Assembly (NCBI GenBank): GCA_030324005.1 | Contig: JARDVH010000137.1 | Span: 24,296,202 to 24,360,201 of the forward strand | Direction: 5' to 3' | From: Negaprion brevirostris | Taxonomy: Eukaryota | DNA: 64,000 bases | In this document: piece after piece, positions 50,098 to 61,949 of the stretch | Position numbering within the stretch: position 1 is the first letter of the stretch | Layout of the letters: the number at the start of each line of letters is the position of its first letter | Notes under the pieces: generated by a model | Seen by the model: the letters and a program-made list of their open reading frames with translations, nothing else | Told to the model about the DNA's origin: nothing | The model's database searches: none | Position numbers and translations under genes: made by a program

Positions 50098-50450
50098 TTT
50101 TTTAAAATTTATTTGTGGAATGTGGGTGTCGCTGGCTGGCCAGCATTTATTACCCATCTCTAGTTGCCCTTGGAGGGTTGTTGAGAGTGAACCACATTGC
50201 TGTGGCTCTGGCATCAAATGTAGGCCAAACCAGGTAAGGATGGCAGATTTCCTTCCCTAAAGGACATTAGTGAACCAGATGGGTTTTTCCCACAATTGAC
50301 AATAGGTTTGATTCATAATTTAAGATGTTTAAAAAATTGAATTCAAGTTCCACCATCTGCCATGATAGGATTCAAACCTGGATCCCCAGAATATTAGTTG
50401 AGTTTCTGGATTAAGACTCTGGCGCTAATACCACTTGACCATTGCCTCCC
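50098..50450 (-). mobile_element. tRNA SINE, family C
   Basis: Full-length homolog of 10415-10782. Confidence 0.8.
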
Positions 50451-51654
50451 TGGCTTCAGTGAGGGTAAATCCTTTGGACAATCTTTACTGCTCAGTTTCC
50501 TTTGAAGGATTTTAAAGTTGACCTGTGTAACTTTCAAACCCTTGCCCTCAATGAAAATATTCTGATTACTGTTAGAACTCACAACTGTGGGCAGAACCTT
50601 CAATTTTAAGTGGTGGAACATTCTACAACTATTGATTTTGAGTCGCTGCAAAACAAGATTTGGATCATGTCAATCTAGAGTGAAAAGAGAACATGGAGCA
50701 ATGCAAGGGAGAGTCACCCTTGACCATGAAATACTAAAACCATAATCCATACTAAGAAGAAACCCCATCTTCCCCTACTAAATCACCATAGAAAATAGAC
50801 TCATTCCCTACCACCAGGCTGCCAGGAAATATGGAGGCAAGTCTTCTGCTAGATCCACAACACCAACTTGCATTTATGTGGTGCCTTTAATGTCATCAAA
50901 TGTCCCTTGGGACTTCAAAGGAACATTAGCAAAGAAAATTTGACACCAAGCCTTATAAGATGATATATGGACATGTAACCCAAAGCTTGGTCAAAGATGA
51001 TTCGATTTCATGAGGGGAGAGAGAGAGACAAAGAGGTTTTGAAAGGGAATTACAACTGAACCTGGGTGTATTTTCTTCCTCAAAAAATTAACAGGGCCAT
51101 CTTCTTCTCCATCAGTCGTGTGTCAACTAACCTAGGTACATTTCTCCTCCAGTGTCAGGGAACATGAAACTAAACGTATCCCATTAGACAGCAGGAAGGG
51201 TAGAATCAATTGATTCCGATATACAAAGAGGGAAGACTATTGTAACCTCCTTTATCTGACCACCCCAGAATATAATTAACCTCCTTCCACTAATATACAG
51301 AAAATCTGAATGGATCCAGATCGACAATCAACAAGTCTAACCCTCACCATGTGACCACCAGGAAACATTGGGATCATTCCCTTCTCTTGATAAGAGGGGA
51401 AAATGGAATCATCCTTTACATTGGCCTGCTTCTACATCCTAGGAATTCTATGGATGATAAAGGAACATTGTGGCTGCCAGAAAGTGTGGACTTATTCTCA
51501 GTTCGAGCACCAGGTAACACACACACTCACCCTCTTTACCAACCAACAGTTACACATTGTTTCCAGATAAATGTAAAATTCAGGGGCATTAGAAGGAAAG
51601 AAATTGATAAAATAAATAGATCATTAAGTTTAAAAGACAGATTGCCATCTTGAA

Positions 51655-52250
51655 AGTGGCATTGTCCAGAGGCAAAGTGTCAATGACCAGGGAACATTCT
51701 GACACTGCCCATACTGGGCATTGGGCAGTGCCATGGGGTTGGGGCCTAAGGGGGGCATGGCCTCTGGGGCAAGGTGGGGGGTGTCCCTCTGTCATTCTGC
51801 ACTGGGATCAGTGACAGAGGGAGGGAGGATAACAATCGGGGCTGACCAAGGGTGGCCGGTGTCAGCTTATGAGGGGTGGGAGGTGGAGGGGGTGTTGGAG
51901 CTGCTGGTGTGCAGGGAGGTTGGGAAATTGGGACAGCCAGAGGTGGGTGTGTGGTCGAGGTGAGCAGGGGAGGGGGCCAACAATCAGGATGGGAGAGGGG
52001 TGTGGTGAGGGGACCACACAGCTGGCCAATGATCAGGAAGCTGGCAGTGCGGGGCTAATGCATATGCACCGACCTCTACTCTGACGGATTGGCTCTTGCG
52101 CAGTGGCCCGCTCAGCACTCTGCTGCTGGCCTCTCCAGTGGAAATAGGCCCCGCCTACTGATTTTTCACATAATTCATGCTAGGGCACCCTGCAGTGCAC
52201 AGATTGTGGGAGATGCATTTTGAAAATCCTGCTGAAAATACCAGTGGGAT
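51655..52250. mobile_element. G-rich non-autonomous DNA-transposon-like remnant, resembling 35190-35600
   Basis: Shared ggcattgcc/ggcagtgcc repeats and G-rich core; terminal gaaaatcctgc / gaatcgcggcc motifs. Confidence 0.35.
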
Positions 52251-53194
52251 TTAGTCTAGTTATTAGGTGAATTCGACACTTAAAATTCCTTTGAGAGAAT
52301 CGCCTACTACATGTGTGTAAGGGGCTTAGATTGTTTTTGAACAGCTGCAGTCCCTGAAGTACACATATAACCAAAAGCAATTGAATTGTGCTGAAGTTCA
52401 GTGCTATTACAAATACTGAAAGACTACCCCAAAATGTTCCATGTGTATAGCTTCAGTAATGATCAGCGTTACACATATACAATTTGCCACATGCTTATTT
52501 TATGGATTAAACTGCATTAGTGAATAGATTACTGCAAAGACAAATCAGTGCTGTCAGCACAGTTGCTAATTCCTGATAATAACCCTACATTGCTACAATA
52601 GATTGAGTAGATTAATAGTAACTGAATTTCTAAGCCACAATATTGTCTCTGCATAAGGTCAGAATGAATACGTGAGTATTTATGGCTGGAATTTACTGTG
52701 CATTATTTAAATAACTTATTATGCACTCAGAAGTCTTATAACTAATGCCACCAAATAAAACTTAATAGATAATTAAATGACTTTGGTTGTTATACCCTGA
52801 TGTTAGCATTTAAATTGCCTGTCTCCACAAGTGTGTAAATATATGAATTTAATAGTTAAATTGTTCACAAGACTTAAATCTTACTGGGCATATTGCACAG
52901 AAGTTGGTATGAAAGATTGGGTACAGCACTAGAACAATAAAACTATAGCAGTGAGTCTTTGACAACAAAGACCACCACAGTTAACAGAAGCCCTAGTGCA
53001 CAGAGCAGTTGGCATCATCATATTCTTGCACTAGAGTGAGATCTCGACTGCGTAACAGTGACAAATACGAGTGCNNNNNNNNNNNNNNNNNNNNNNNNNN
53101 NNNNNNNNNNNNNNNNNNNNNNNNNNNNNNNNNNNNNNNNNNNNNNNNNNNNNNNNNNNNNNNNNNNNNNNNNNGCGTAACAGTGACAAATACG

Positions 53195-53745
53195 AGTGCT
53201 AGAGAAATTCCATCAGCAACACCTCCGACGCAGCCTGTGGATTCAATGGGATGACTGCCGAGCAGATGCTACTGTCCTTCCAGAAGCCAGCTCCACCAGC
53301 ATTCAGGCAAAGCACCAACAAAACTTCAATGGACTGGATTCTTTGTCCAGATGGCCAAAACACATTCCCTCCTCCCTGCCATAAGTTCCTGTTATCTCAA
53401 TCCTCAGCGTTCCAGTGTAGGACAAAGAAAATGCCACAACGACACTCGGAAGCTCCTTGAAGTGCTGTGGCATTGTCATTAATAATCAAGAGGAGCTTTC
53501 TATCAAACATTAAAAATGGTGACAATTTGTCCATCAAGCTTTGTGTCAAAATTCCTCAATGATGAGGCAGAGCAGCAGCAGAGAATGATAGAAAAGGAAG
53601 CAAGTCCTGTTCTCCGGATCCCACTGCTTTGAGGAATATCAAGTCCCATGTGGCTGAAGATCCGTGGACTGAGAGTTGGCCTATTCAGTCACACAAAACC
53701 CCTGGCAGAAACTCAACCATGAGTAGACTTCATCCTCTAATTGCA
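53195..53745 (+). mobile_element. RTE-clade LINE 3' remnant
   Basis: LEKFHQQHLRRSLWIQWDDCRADATVLPEASSTSI resembles the RTE motif LE.FHQRCLR.IL.I.W.D...N..VL..A...SI; downstream RVGLFSH. Confidence 0.7.
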
Positions 53746-53889
53746 GGACAGTCGATGTCTACGATGGAATGCTTTCTGGCTCTTTGAGTTCTGGGGCCTG
53801 AGTTTGAATCTGATCTATTCTGCCAGATGAAAGTCTCCTTGTTTCACATTCTTAATAGGCATGATTGATAATGGAAAAATAAACTTACG

Positions 53890-54058
53890 TTGCAGGACTA
53901 GGTTGATTGGCCATGCTAGATTGCTCCTTAGTGTCAGGGGGGTTAGCACGGTAAATATGGGAGGGGGGGTGGTTATGGGGCTTGAGTGGGATTGTTGTCG
54001 GTGGCTTGATGGGCTGATTGGTCGCCTTCTGCACTGTAGGGATTCTACGATTCTATGA
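53890..54058 (+). mobile_element. 5'-truncated SINE, family A
   Basis: aggttgattggccatgcta...ccttctgcactgtagggattctacgattctatga. Confidence 0.85.
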
Positions 54059-54499
54059 CTAAATTGGCAGTCTGACTGATGACAGCTTGGATAAAGAAAA
54101 GGTAGATTTGAGCATGTTCTTTGGGGTTTGGGACAAAGGCAAAGTGTAGGCGCAGAGTAGTGGAGGGAGCCTTTATGCTGCATCAGTTACATGTTCCAAC
54201 TCTAACATCTTTCATCTAGGTAAGCATCAAAATCAGCACACAGTATCATGTCCAAAGTTATACTTACTCATTATCAGCACCTAGTGGTGAGTTTGAACTT
54301 TGTTATGCTTTCAATATAGTTGCCATTGATGCTGTAATCTCCTTTGTAAATCTATGGACTGGAATTGCAGTCAGTTTATCAATGTTGGGGTTTGCAATGC
54401 ATTGACTCCATCACACCAATAAACTGAATCTGCATCCCCACTGTGTCTAACCCAGAAATCAAACAGTAGAATTAAAATTTAGTTTTATTAATTTTATTT

Positions 54500-54716
54500 T
54501 TGTTTTATTTATTAGTGTCGCAAGTAGGCTTACATTAACACTGCAATGAAGTTACTGTGAAATTCCCCTAGTTGCCACACTCTGGCACCTGTTCGGGTAC
54601 ACTGAGGGAGAATTTAGCATGGTTAATGCACTTAACCAGCATGTCTTTCGGACTGTGGGAGGAAACCGGAGCATCCAAAGGAAACCCACGCAAACATGGG
54701 GAGAATGTGCAGACCT
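54500..54716 (-). mobile_element. tRNA SINE, family B (3' part)
   Basis: attagtgtcgcaagtaggcttacattaacactgcaatgaagttactgtgaa. Confidence 0.85.
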
Positions 54717-54885
54717 GCATAAACAGTTTTATTACTATGGTTAATTAATTTTTTCTTATGAAAACCATGAAAATATGGTTCAATCTGAATTTCTGCTTGT
54801 TCATGGCAGGAAATATATAAAACAAAACAGAAATTGCACATTGGAGTGCAATTCTCCATGGATTGCACTAAATATTTCACCAATT

Positions 54886-55232
54886 TAAGAACATAAGAAC
54901 ATAAGAAATAGGAGCAGGAGTAGGCCATCTAGCCCCTCGAGCCTGCCCCGCCATTCAATNNNNNNNNNNNNNNNNNNNNNNNNNNNNNNNNNNNNNNNNN
55001 NNNNNNNNNNNNNNNNNNNNNNNNNNNNNNNNNNNNNNNNNNNNNNNNNNNNNNNNNNNCCTCGCTATTTCCTCCTTGATGACGGATTCTAACATTTTAC
55101 CTACAACAGACGTTAAACTAACTGGCCTATAATTCCTTGCCTTTTGCCTGCCACCCTTCTTAAACAACGGCGTAACATTGGCCATTTTCCAATCTTCCGG
55201 CACTTCCCTGGAATTCAGCGACGTTTGGAAAA
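54886..55232 (-). mobile_element. Young CR1 LINE, mostly hidden in a 100-N gap
   Basis: Tail aagaacataagaacataagaaataggagcagg on the left; PEDWKMANVTPLFKKGGRQKARNYRPVSLTSVVGKMLESVIKEEI on the right. Confidence 0.9.
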
Positions 55233-55959
55233 TTTAACAGTGAACGTTTAGTGAAAATTTCACTAGTAGTGATTATTAAGGGCTTTATATCACAAGAGTG
55301 AAAAATGGATCTTTTGATAATTATATAAAAACAAAGTCACATTTTCCTCCTAACCCCTCACTCCCCCAATGCACTGATACATCCTGCGACACAGCCCCCT
55401 GGATGTTGTCACACCTCCAAAGGCTGCTTCCCTGAAGGATATTCTTCATACATGAGTCTTGGCAGTAAAGAATGACAGAATATTCGGGTTTCCGAATGTC
55501 CTGGTTAACACTTATCCCTCAACCAACTCCACAAGAACAAAATATTGATCTGCTTTACTGCACTCCACACATGACTGCATTCCAGTGAATGGACCTCATT
55601 GACTTCAATGTGGATGTCCCAAGAACATAGGTGTTGTTTTACATGTAAGTTTTTCTCTTATAAAATTGTGCACATTATAAAACCACTTATAACATGTTCT
55701 ATCCTGTAACACATCCTGAGATTGGTATTGTTCTTGTCATTTCCCCTGAACTGTGTTGCGGCCCACATCACAGTCACTGGCTCTTTTTCCCAGTCTGCCC
55801 ATAAACATTACCACTTCATCAAAGTTTAACGTTTGTTTCCCAATGATGCTGTAAAACCTTCTTCAAAATTAGTTGTTTGTTTTCTCCCTGTTCTTCTTTG
55901 AAGTGTCCCTTCTGTGAGAATTTACTGGAATTCAAAAGAGATTTCCAGAGCAACACAAC

Positions 55960-56310
55960 AACAGTTTGCATTTTGTAGCCCCTTCAACACAATAAAGGTT
56001 ACAAGGTGGTTCACAGGAGTATTACCAGGTCAAATTTGAACCATAAAATCTTGAATCACAAAAAGGAACATTAGGACAGGCTGGCCAATGAGGTAGGTTT
56101 TCAGGAAGGCCTTTGAAGGAGGCGAGGGAGGTGGAGAGGTGGATAGGCCGAGGGAGGAAATGACAGAGCTGGTGATTTAGGCAACTAAAGGCATGGCCAC
56201 AAATGGTGGACAAAAGGAAGTTGGCAAGAGGCCAGAATTAGTGAAGAATAGAAATCGCACAATATTATAGAGTTGGAGGAGATTACAGAGATGGGATTGC
56301 CAAACCCTTG
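55960..56310 (-). mobile_element. L2-type LINE 3' end
   Basis: caacagtttgcatttt..gcc tail; ggagattacagagatggga. Confidence 0.6.
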
Positions 56311-56903
56311 GAGCAACACAGGAGCAGAAGTAGGCCATTCGGCCCATCAAGCCCATGCAACCACTCATTTAGATCATGGCTAAGCATCTACCTCAATACC
56401 ACTTTCTCGCACTGTCTCCATATCGCTTGATGTCATTAGTATCCAAAAAATCTATTCGGTTCTGTCTTAAACATTCATATTGATTGAACTTTCACAGCCT
56501 TCTGGGGTAGAAAATTCACCACCCTCTAGGTTTTGAACATATGGATTAGAATTGCAATATTTTTGCTGGGCCAGAAAGCTAGGATTGAATGTGGGTCAGT
56601 GCCCAAAGTGATGCAAACTCCCCCATTGTTTCTAACACAGGTGGGTGGATGACAGTTCTTGATGCTCCAGCAAAACTGGTAATCTTTATGTGTACAGAGT
56701 GAGGACATGGCAGTTACAGGGTTTTGCTTCAAAGGAGCTGTAAATATAACAATAATTAATTTATCTCATGCAGTTATTGATTCAGAAATAGATGGTCTAC
56801 ACTGAAATCTCAAAGCAAGTTAATAAAAGTGCATCTTTAAATGCACTTGTTTACCTAAACTATACCCCATATTAAATAATAAAGGACTCATCCTACTGTT
56901 TTC

Positions 56904-57018
56904 AAGGGTCATCCAGACTTGAAATGTTGGCTCTATTCTCTCCCCACAGATGCTGTCAGACGTTCTGAGATTTTCCAGCATTTTCTGCTCTTGTTTCAGA
57001 TTCCAGCATCCGCAATAT
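56904..57018 (+). mobile_element. PLE terminal-repeat remnant (second family); another copy at 57734-57835
   Basis: agggtcatccagacttgaaatgttggctctattctctccccacagatgctg...ttcagattccagcatccgca; stem II plus GAAA half of a hammerhead. Confidence 0.55.
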
Positions 57019-57358
57019 TCATGGAGAGTTTCCTCAGGCTTGTTCCCAATCCTTTGCTTTTGCTTTGCTGGCATGCATTTGATGGGCTGAATGGCATCTT
57101 TCTGCATTGCAATGACTCCACATGCAGCAGGAACCTCACTCATGCAAATATATTAGAGTTCTCAATTCTGGTTAGATTTATATTCCAGGAGATCTTCCAT
57201 GAAAGAAAGTATGTGTAGATACTTATTGGAGTTATTGGATTACTGCTTGCTGTCTTGGGGCTATAACGGAGCTCAGGTATCAGCGGATTCTCAAGCGTTT
57301 TCCAGCCAGTGAGGTACTTCTAGAAGTGTAGTCACTGTTATAATGTGGGAAATCATGA

Positions 57359-57586
57359 TATGGAGATGCCAGCGTTGGACTGGGGTAAACACAATAAGAA
57401 GATTTCTTACGTTCTTATGTTCTTAAGTCTCACAACACCAGGTTAAAGTCCAACAGGTTTATTTGCTAGTAAACACACAAGCTTTCGGGGTTTGCCCCTT
57501 CATCAGGTGAGCATCACCCCGAAAGCTACTGGATTTACTATCAAATAAACTGGTTGGGCTTTAACCTGGTGTTCTGAGACTTCTTA
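57359..57586. mobile_element. Inverted pair of PLE terminal repeats inserted in a DeuSINE-like element
   Basis: 57425-57490 is the approximate reverse complement of 57517-57582; both match 62451-62527. Confidence 0.75.
57476..57510 (-). ncRNA. Minimal type I hammerhead ribozyme motif (PLE-associated), intact core
   Basis: Minus strand reads UCAC-CUGAUGA-A-GGGG-CAAA-CCCC-GAAA-GC-UU-GUG: stem I CAC/GUG, CUGAUGA and GAAA cores, 4-bp stem II, palindromic AAGCUU at stem III, CUU cleavage triplet. Confidence 0.7.
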
Positions 57587-58597
57587 TTGTAAAGCAGTAA
57601 GTTTGGGCACAGCAAAATCCCACAAACAGCAATNNNNNNNNNNNNNNNNNNNNNNNNNNNNNNNNNNNNNNNNNNNNNNNNNNNNNNNNNNNNNNNNNNN
57701 NNNNNNNNNNNNNNNNNNNNNNNNNNNNNNNNNTGTTGGCTCTATTCTCTCCCCACAGATGCTGTCAATCCTGCTGAGATTTTCCAGCATCTTCTGTTTT
57801 TGTTGCTTCAGATTCCAGCATCCGCAGTCTTCTGCTTTTATCTGTCTGCCACCTATTCTGACAGTGTAGCAAGGATGTGGAATCTAGCACAATTCAAGCT
57901 ACGGACATTCTGGCAATAAGCATTCTACAGCCCAGAAAACCAAGCCACTTTGACACATATTATCTCATTTAAACTCTACAATGTGCTCAATATCATATTG
58001 GTAGTGTGTCTGCAGCCGGTTAACTCACCGTATCACAAGCTTTAAATTGATATTACAGTTCCTGACTGCTTGCTGCAAAACACTTGTTTTATCATAAATT
58101 GATAACTTTTATAAATATCACTATTCTGATCTTGAAGTCCTAGAAAATTGTAGAACAAAATGCCTTGAGGATGCCCGAACACTGAGTCAATTGAACAGGT
58201 ACATTTACAGTGCTTATTTGCTGGCTCAAAGCTTTCATCCTTTGCCATAAAGTCCAATAAAGTATCAGTGATTCCTCTGACTGCATACCAGACTGGTGCC
58301 ATCTTACCCTAATGCTTAGAAGGACAGGCACGTGTACTGGCCAACATGTTGAAATACCAATGGTAGAGTATAGCAGATAGTGATAGCTTTATCCTAAAGT
58401 CTAATGACATATTTCAGTTGGCAGATATAAAGCTTTGGACAGTTGGTCTTTGAACCCAATGACTACCTAGGCAATGGTTGGGCAGGCAGTTTCCTATTAA
58501 AGGGTAAGTTACTGCCTTTATTGGGTTCCTCTTTCATTCATATCTAATATAATAGTGGTTGCTGGCTCTCTGATCTCTCTATGAGTTGTTCCCTTGA

Positions 58598-58920
58598 GGG
58601 GGCACAATGGGTAGCGTTCCTGAGCCAGCAGTCTGGGTTCAAATCCCACTTCATGACTTAATAGCCATGGAAGAGATGTTCATACTGTGGCCAAACAATC
58701 TGTAAATCTTTTCAATATGCCTATGGCAGGCAGCAAGAGTGGGAGGGTCTCCTGGTCAACCATGCTTGTTGGGTGACCCTTAAGCTCCAGCCTGTGATGA
58801 CAGGTGAGTGACCTGTTCCAGGAGAAACTAGCTATGGAAACCGATGTAAGTGTGTGCTTCAACTGCCTCTTGGCACAGGAAGAGATTGATGATCTTCCTG
58901 CATCCCCAATATATTGAAAA
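58598..58920 (+). mobile_element. tRNA-derived SINE, family D
   Basis: gggcacaatgggtagc...gggttcaaatccc A/B boxes; homologous to 42225-42490. Confidence 0.6.
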
Positions 58921-60515
58921 AAGGATTTCATCATGTAGATTTCTTTCTAGTTGATTTCTACCATGAACTGTAGGCTACTGAATTCTTTACCACCCACAGT
59001 CTGTCTTTCCCTCATCCATTAATCTCCAGGCGTTTAAAAACTAAGCTTAATCACTACTTAGCCTATTTTACATTGTGAACTCTTCACCTATGTTTCTCAA
59101 TGAAAACAACATTAGAGCTTGAGCAATAAACATATAAGTATTAATGTGCATTGGGACCATTTGACAGCCATCCCACTAAAATGCTTTCTGTTAGAAGATG
59201 TAATAATGGTGCAGCATGGTTATTATTCACCCTTTGAATAGAATCTCCTCTTGTACAATTTTGTTCCACACTTGACCCTGTAGGAAAATATTTATTACTG
59301 CATGACCAAAATTCCTTCACCTGGCAGGAGGAGGGAATGGCCTTGACTAACTGTAGATTAAACTAGAAAGGATGGGGGGAGGGAATTGTGATGGGGAGAT
59401 TGGGACGGAGGAGGTTAGCTCCCAGGTAGGGGAGGACTGCAGGCAGTATGAGAGGGAGGTTAGACAGGGGGTGGAGANNNNNNNNNNNNNNNNNNNNNNN
59501 NNNNNNNNNNNNNNNNNNNNNNNNNNNNNNNNNNNNNNNNNNNNNNNNNNNNNNNNNNNNNNNNNNNNNNNNNNNNNGTGGGCCGAAGGGCCTGTTTGTG
59601 CTGTAGTGTTCTATGTTCTACGTTCTATTACAGGTGGTATCACTGCTAATGGATTTCACTACCAGTTGTCAAGAATAGCTTTAAAACCTGGACTTGCAGA
59701 GTCAATGCAACACAGAAGGCCAGTTAGTCCATCAAACCCATGCCAGTTTGCTGCAGAGCAACCTATTCAGTCCTATTTCTCCACTCTCTCCCATCCAGTT
59801 GTTTTCCTCCATTTCCTTACTCATCTCTGCCTCCACCATCCATGGAGCTTCCACAGCTTCCACAGCATTTCCACTCGCTGCATAAAAATGTTTTCCCCCA
59901 CATTCTCCCTTGTATCTCTTGCCCAAAACTTAAAATCTCTGTCCACAGGTCCTTGCACTATCAGTCAATGGGAACAGATTGCCTTTGTCTACCTTTTTTA
60001 ATCTGTTGTAATGTTGTGTGCCCTTTCTCAAATCTCCCTTCAATCTCCAAGGAGAGCAGTCCCAGGTTCTCCAACCTAAACTTGTAGCTAAAAATTTTTT
60101 TGAAGCGGTGACAAAGATAATTGATGAGGGAAGGGCTGTGGATGTACAAAGAACAAAGAAAATTGCAGCACAGGAACAGGTCCTTCAGTCCTCCAAGCCT
60201 GCACTAACTTTGCTGCCTGATTGAATTAAAACNNNNNNNNNNNNNNNNNNNNNNNNNNNNNNNNNNNNNNNNNNNNNNNNNNNNNNNNNNNNNNNNNNNN
60301 NNNNNNNNNNNNNNNNNNNNNNNNNNNNNNNNNNNNNNNNNNNNNNNNNNNNNNNNNNNNNNNNNNNNNNNNNNNNNNNNNNNNNNNNNNNNNNNNNNNN
60401 NNNNNNNNNNNNNNNNNNNNNNNNNNNNNNNNNNNNNNNNNNNNNNNNNNNNNNNNNNNNNNNNNNNNNNNNNNNNNNNNNNNNNNNNNNNNNNNNNNNN
60501 NNNNNNNNNNNNNNN

Positions 60516-61520
60516 CTCGATCAAGTTCATGTGACACAACCTCCCCTTCACAAAACCATGTTGCCTCTCACTAATCCATCCACTTATTTCCAAGTGGGAA
60601 TAAATCCTGTCTCAAAGAATCCTCTCCAATAATTTCCCTATCACTGATGTAAGGCTCACTGGCCTGTAATTACCTGGATTATTCTTGCTACCTTTCTTAA
60701 ACAAAGGAACAACATAGGCTATTCTCCAAACCTCTGGGACCTCCCCTGGAGCCAGTGAGGATATAAAGATTTCTCTCAAGGCCCCAGCAGTTTCCTCCCT
60801 TGCCTCTCTCAGTATTCTGGGGTATATCTCATCAGGCCTTGGAGACTTATCTACCTTAATGTTTCTCAAGAACCCCAATACCCTTGTGGGCGGCACAGTG
60901 GCACAGTGATTTACACGGCTGTCTCACAGCACCAGGGACCTGGGTTCGATTCCCAGCTTGGGTCACTGTCTGTGTGGAGTTTGCAACGTTCTCCCTGTGT
61001 CTGTGTGGGTTTGCTCTGGTTGCTCCGGTTTCCTCCTGAAGTTCAAAGATGTGAAGGTTAGATGTATTGCCCAAGCTAAATTGCCCCTTGGTGTTAGGGG
61101 AACTAGCTAGGGTACGTGCATGGAGTTGTGGGGGTGGGGCCTGGGTGGGATTGTGGTCAGTGCAGACTCGACAGGCCAAGTGGCCTCCATCTGCACTGTA
61201 GGATTCTATGATTCTACTTCCCCCTTTTCGATCTCAACGTGACTATCTACACACCCTTTCCCAGACTCATCATTCACAAAGTCCTTCTCTTTGGTGAATA
61301 CTGACGCAAAGTACTTAGTTAATATCTCGCCCATTTCCTTTGGTTCCACACATAGATTGTCCTTTATGGGCCAACCCTTTCCCTGGTTATCCTCTTGTTC
61401 TTTATATATGTATAAAAAGCCTTGGGATTTTCCTTAATCATGCTAGCCAATGTTCTTTCATGACCTCTTTTAGCCCTCCTTACTTAAGTTTCTTTCTACT
61501 TTCCTTGTACTCCACACTTG
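60516..61520 (-). mobile_element. CR1 LINE ORF2 fragment split by a SINE at 60888-61216
   Basis: IKVDKSPRPDEIYPRILREAREE...VVPLFKKGSKNNPGNYRPVSLTSVIGKLLERIL; QHGFVKGRLCHMNLIE. Confidence 0.9.
60888..61216 (+). mobile_element. HE1-like tRNA SINE, family A, full length
   Basis: gggcggcacagtggcacagtg...gggttcgattccc...ctgcactgtaggattctatgattcta. Confidence 0.9.
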
Positions 61521-61935
61521 CTTTGTGTGTTCACTGGAAAGACGAATGCTGAGAGGAGACCTGATAGAGGTCTACAAAATTATGAGAGGCGTAGACAGGG
61601 TAGGTAGTCAGAGGCTTTTTCCCAGGGTGGAAGTGTCAATTACAAGAGATCACAGGCTCAAGGTGAGAGGGGGAAGTTTAAGGGAGATGTGCGGGGAAAG
61701 TTTTTCACACAGAAAGTGGTGGGTACCAGGAACACGATGCCAGAGGAGGTGGTGTGTGCAGGCACATTAGCAACATTTGAGAGGCATCTGGATGGGTACA
61801 TGAATAGGGAAGGAATAGAGAGATATGGACCGAGTAAGGGCAGAATGTTTTTTTACTTTAGTTAGGGCACTATGTTTGACACAGGCTTCAAGAGTCAAAG
61901 CGTCTTTTCCTGAGCTGTATTTTCTTTGTTCTTTA
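61521..61935 (+). mobile_element. CR1 LINE 3' end
   Basis: SLERRMLRGDLIEVYKIMRGVDRV motif; tail ttctttgttcttt. Confidence 0.85.
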
Positions 61936-61949
61936 GTCTCCCCAGTGTA

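Noticed and set aside
53050-53199. Identical 25-mer GCGTAACAGTGACAAATACGAGTGC on both sides of a gap, superficially like a CRISPR repeat or minisatellite
   Set aside because: The spacer is exactly 100 Ns, so this is most simply an unmerged contig overlap. There are no further copies, and the context is eukaryotic.
60888-60960. tRNA-like A/B boxes in many places
   Set aside because: These are SINE heads followed by SINE bodies and tails, not tRNA genes.
60087-61935. Opposed CR1 segments meeting near 61520, a possible twin-priming inversion
   Set aside because: A gap and a separate minus-strand tail at about 60146-60230 make independent insertions equally likely; no target-site duplication was identified.
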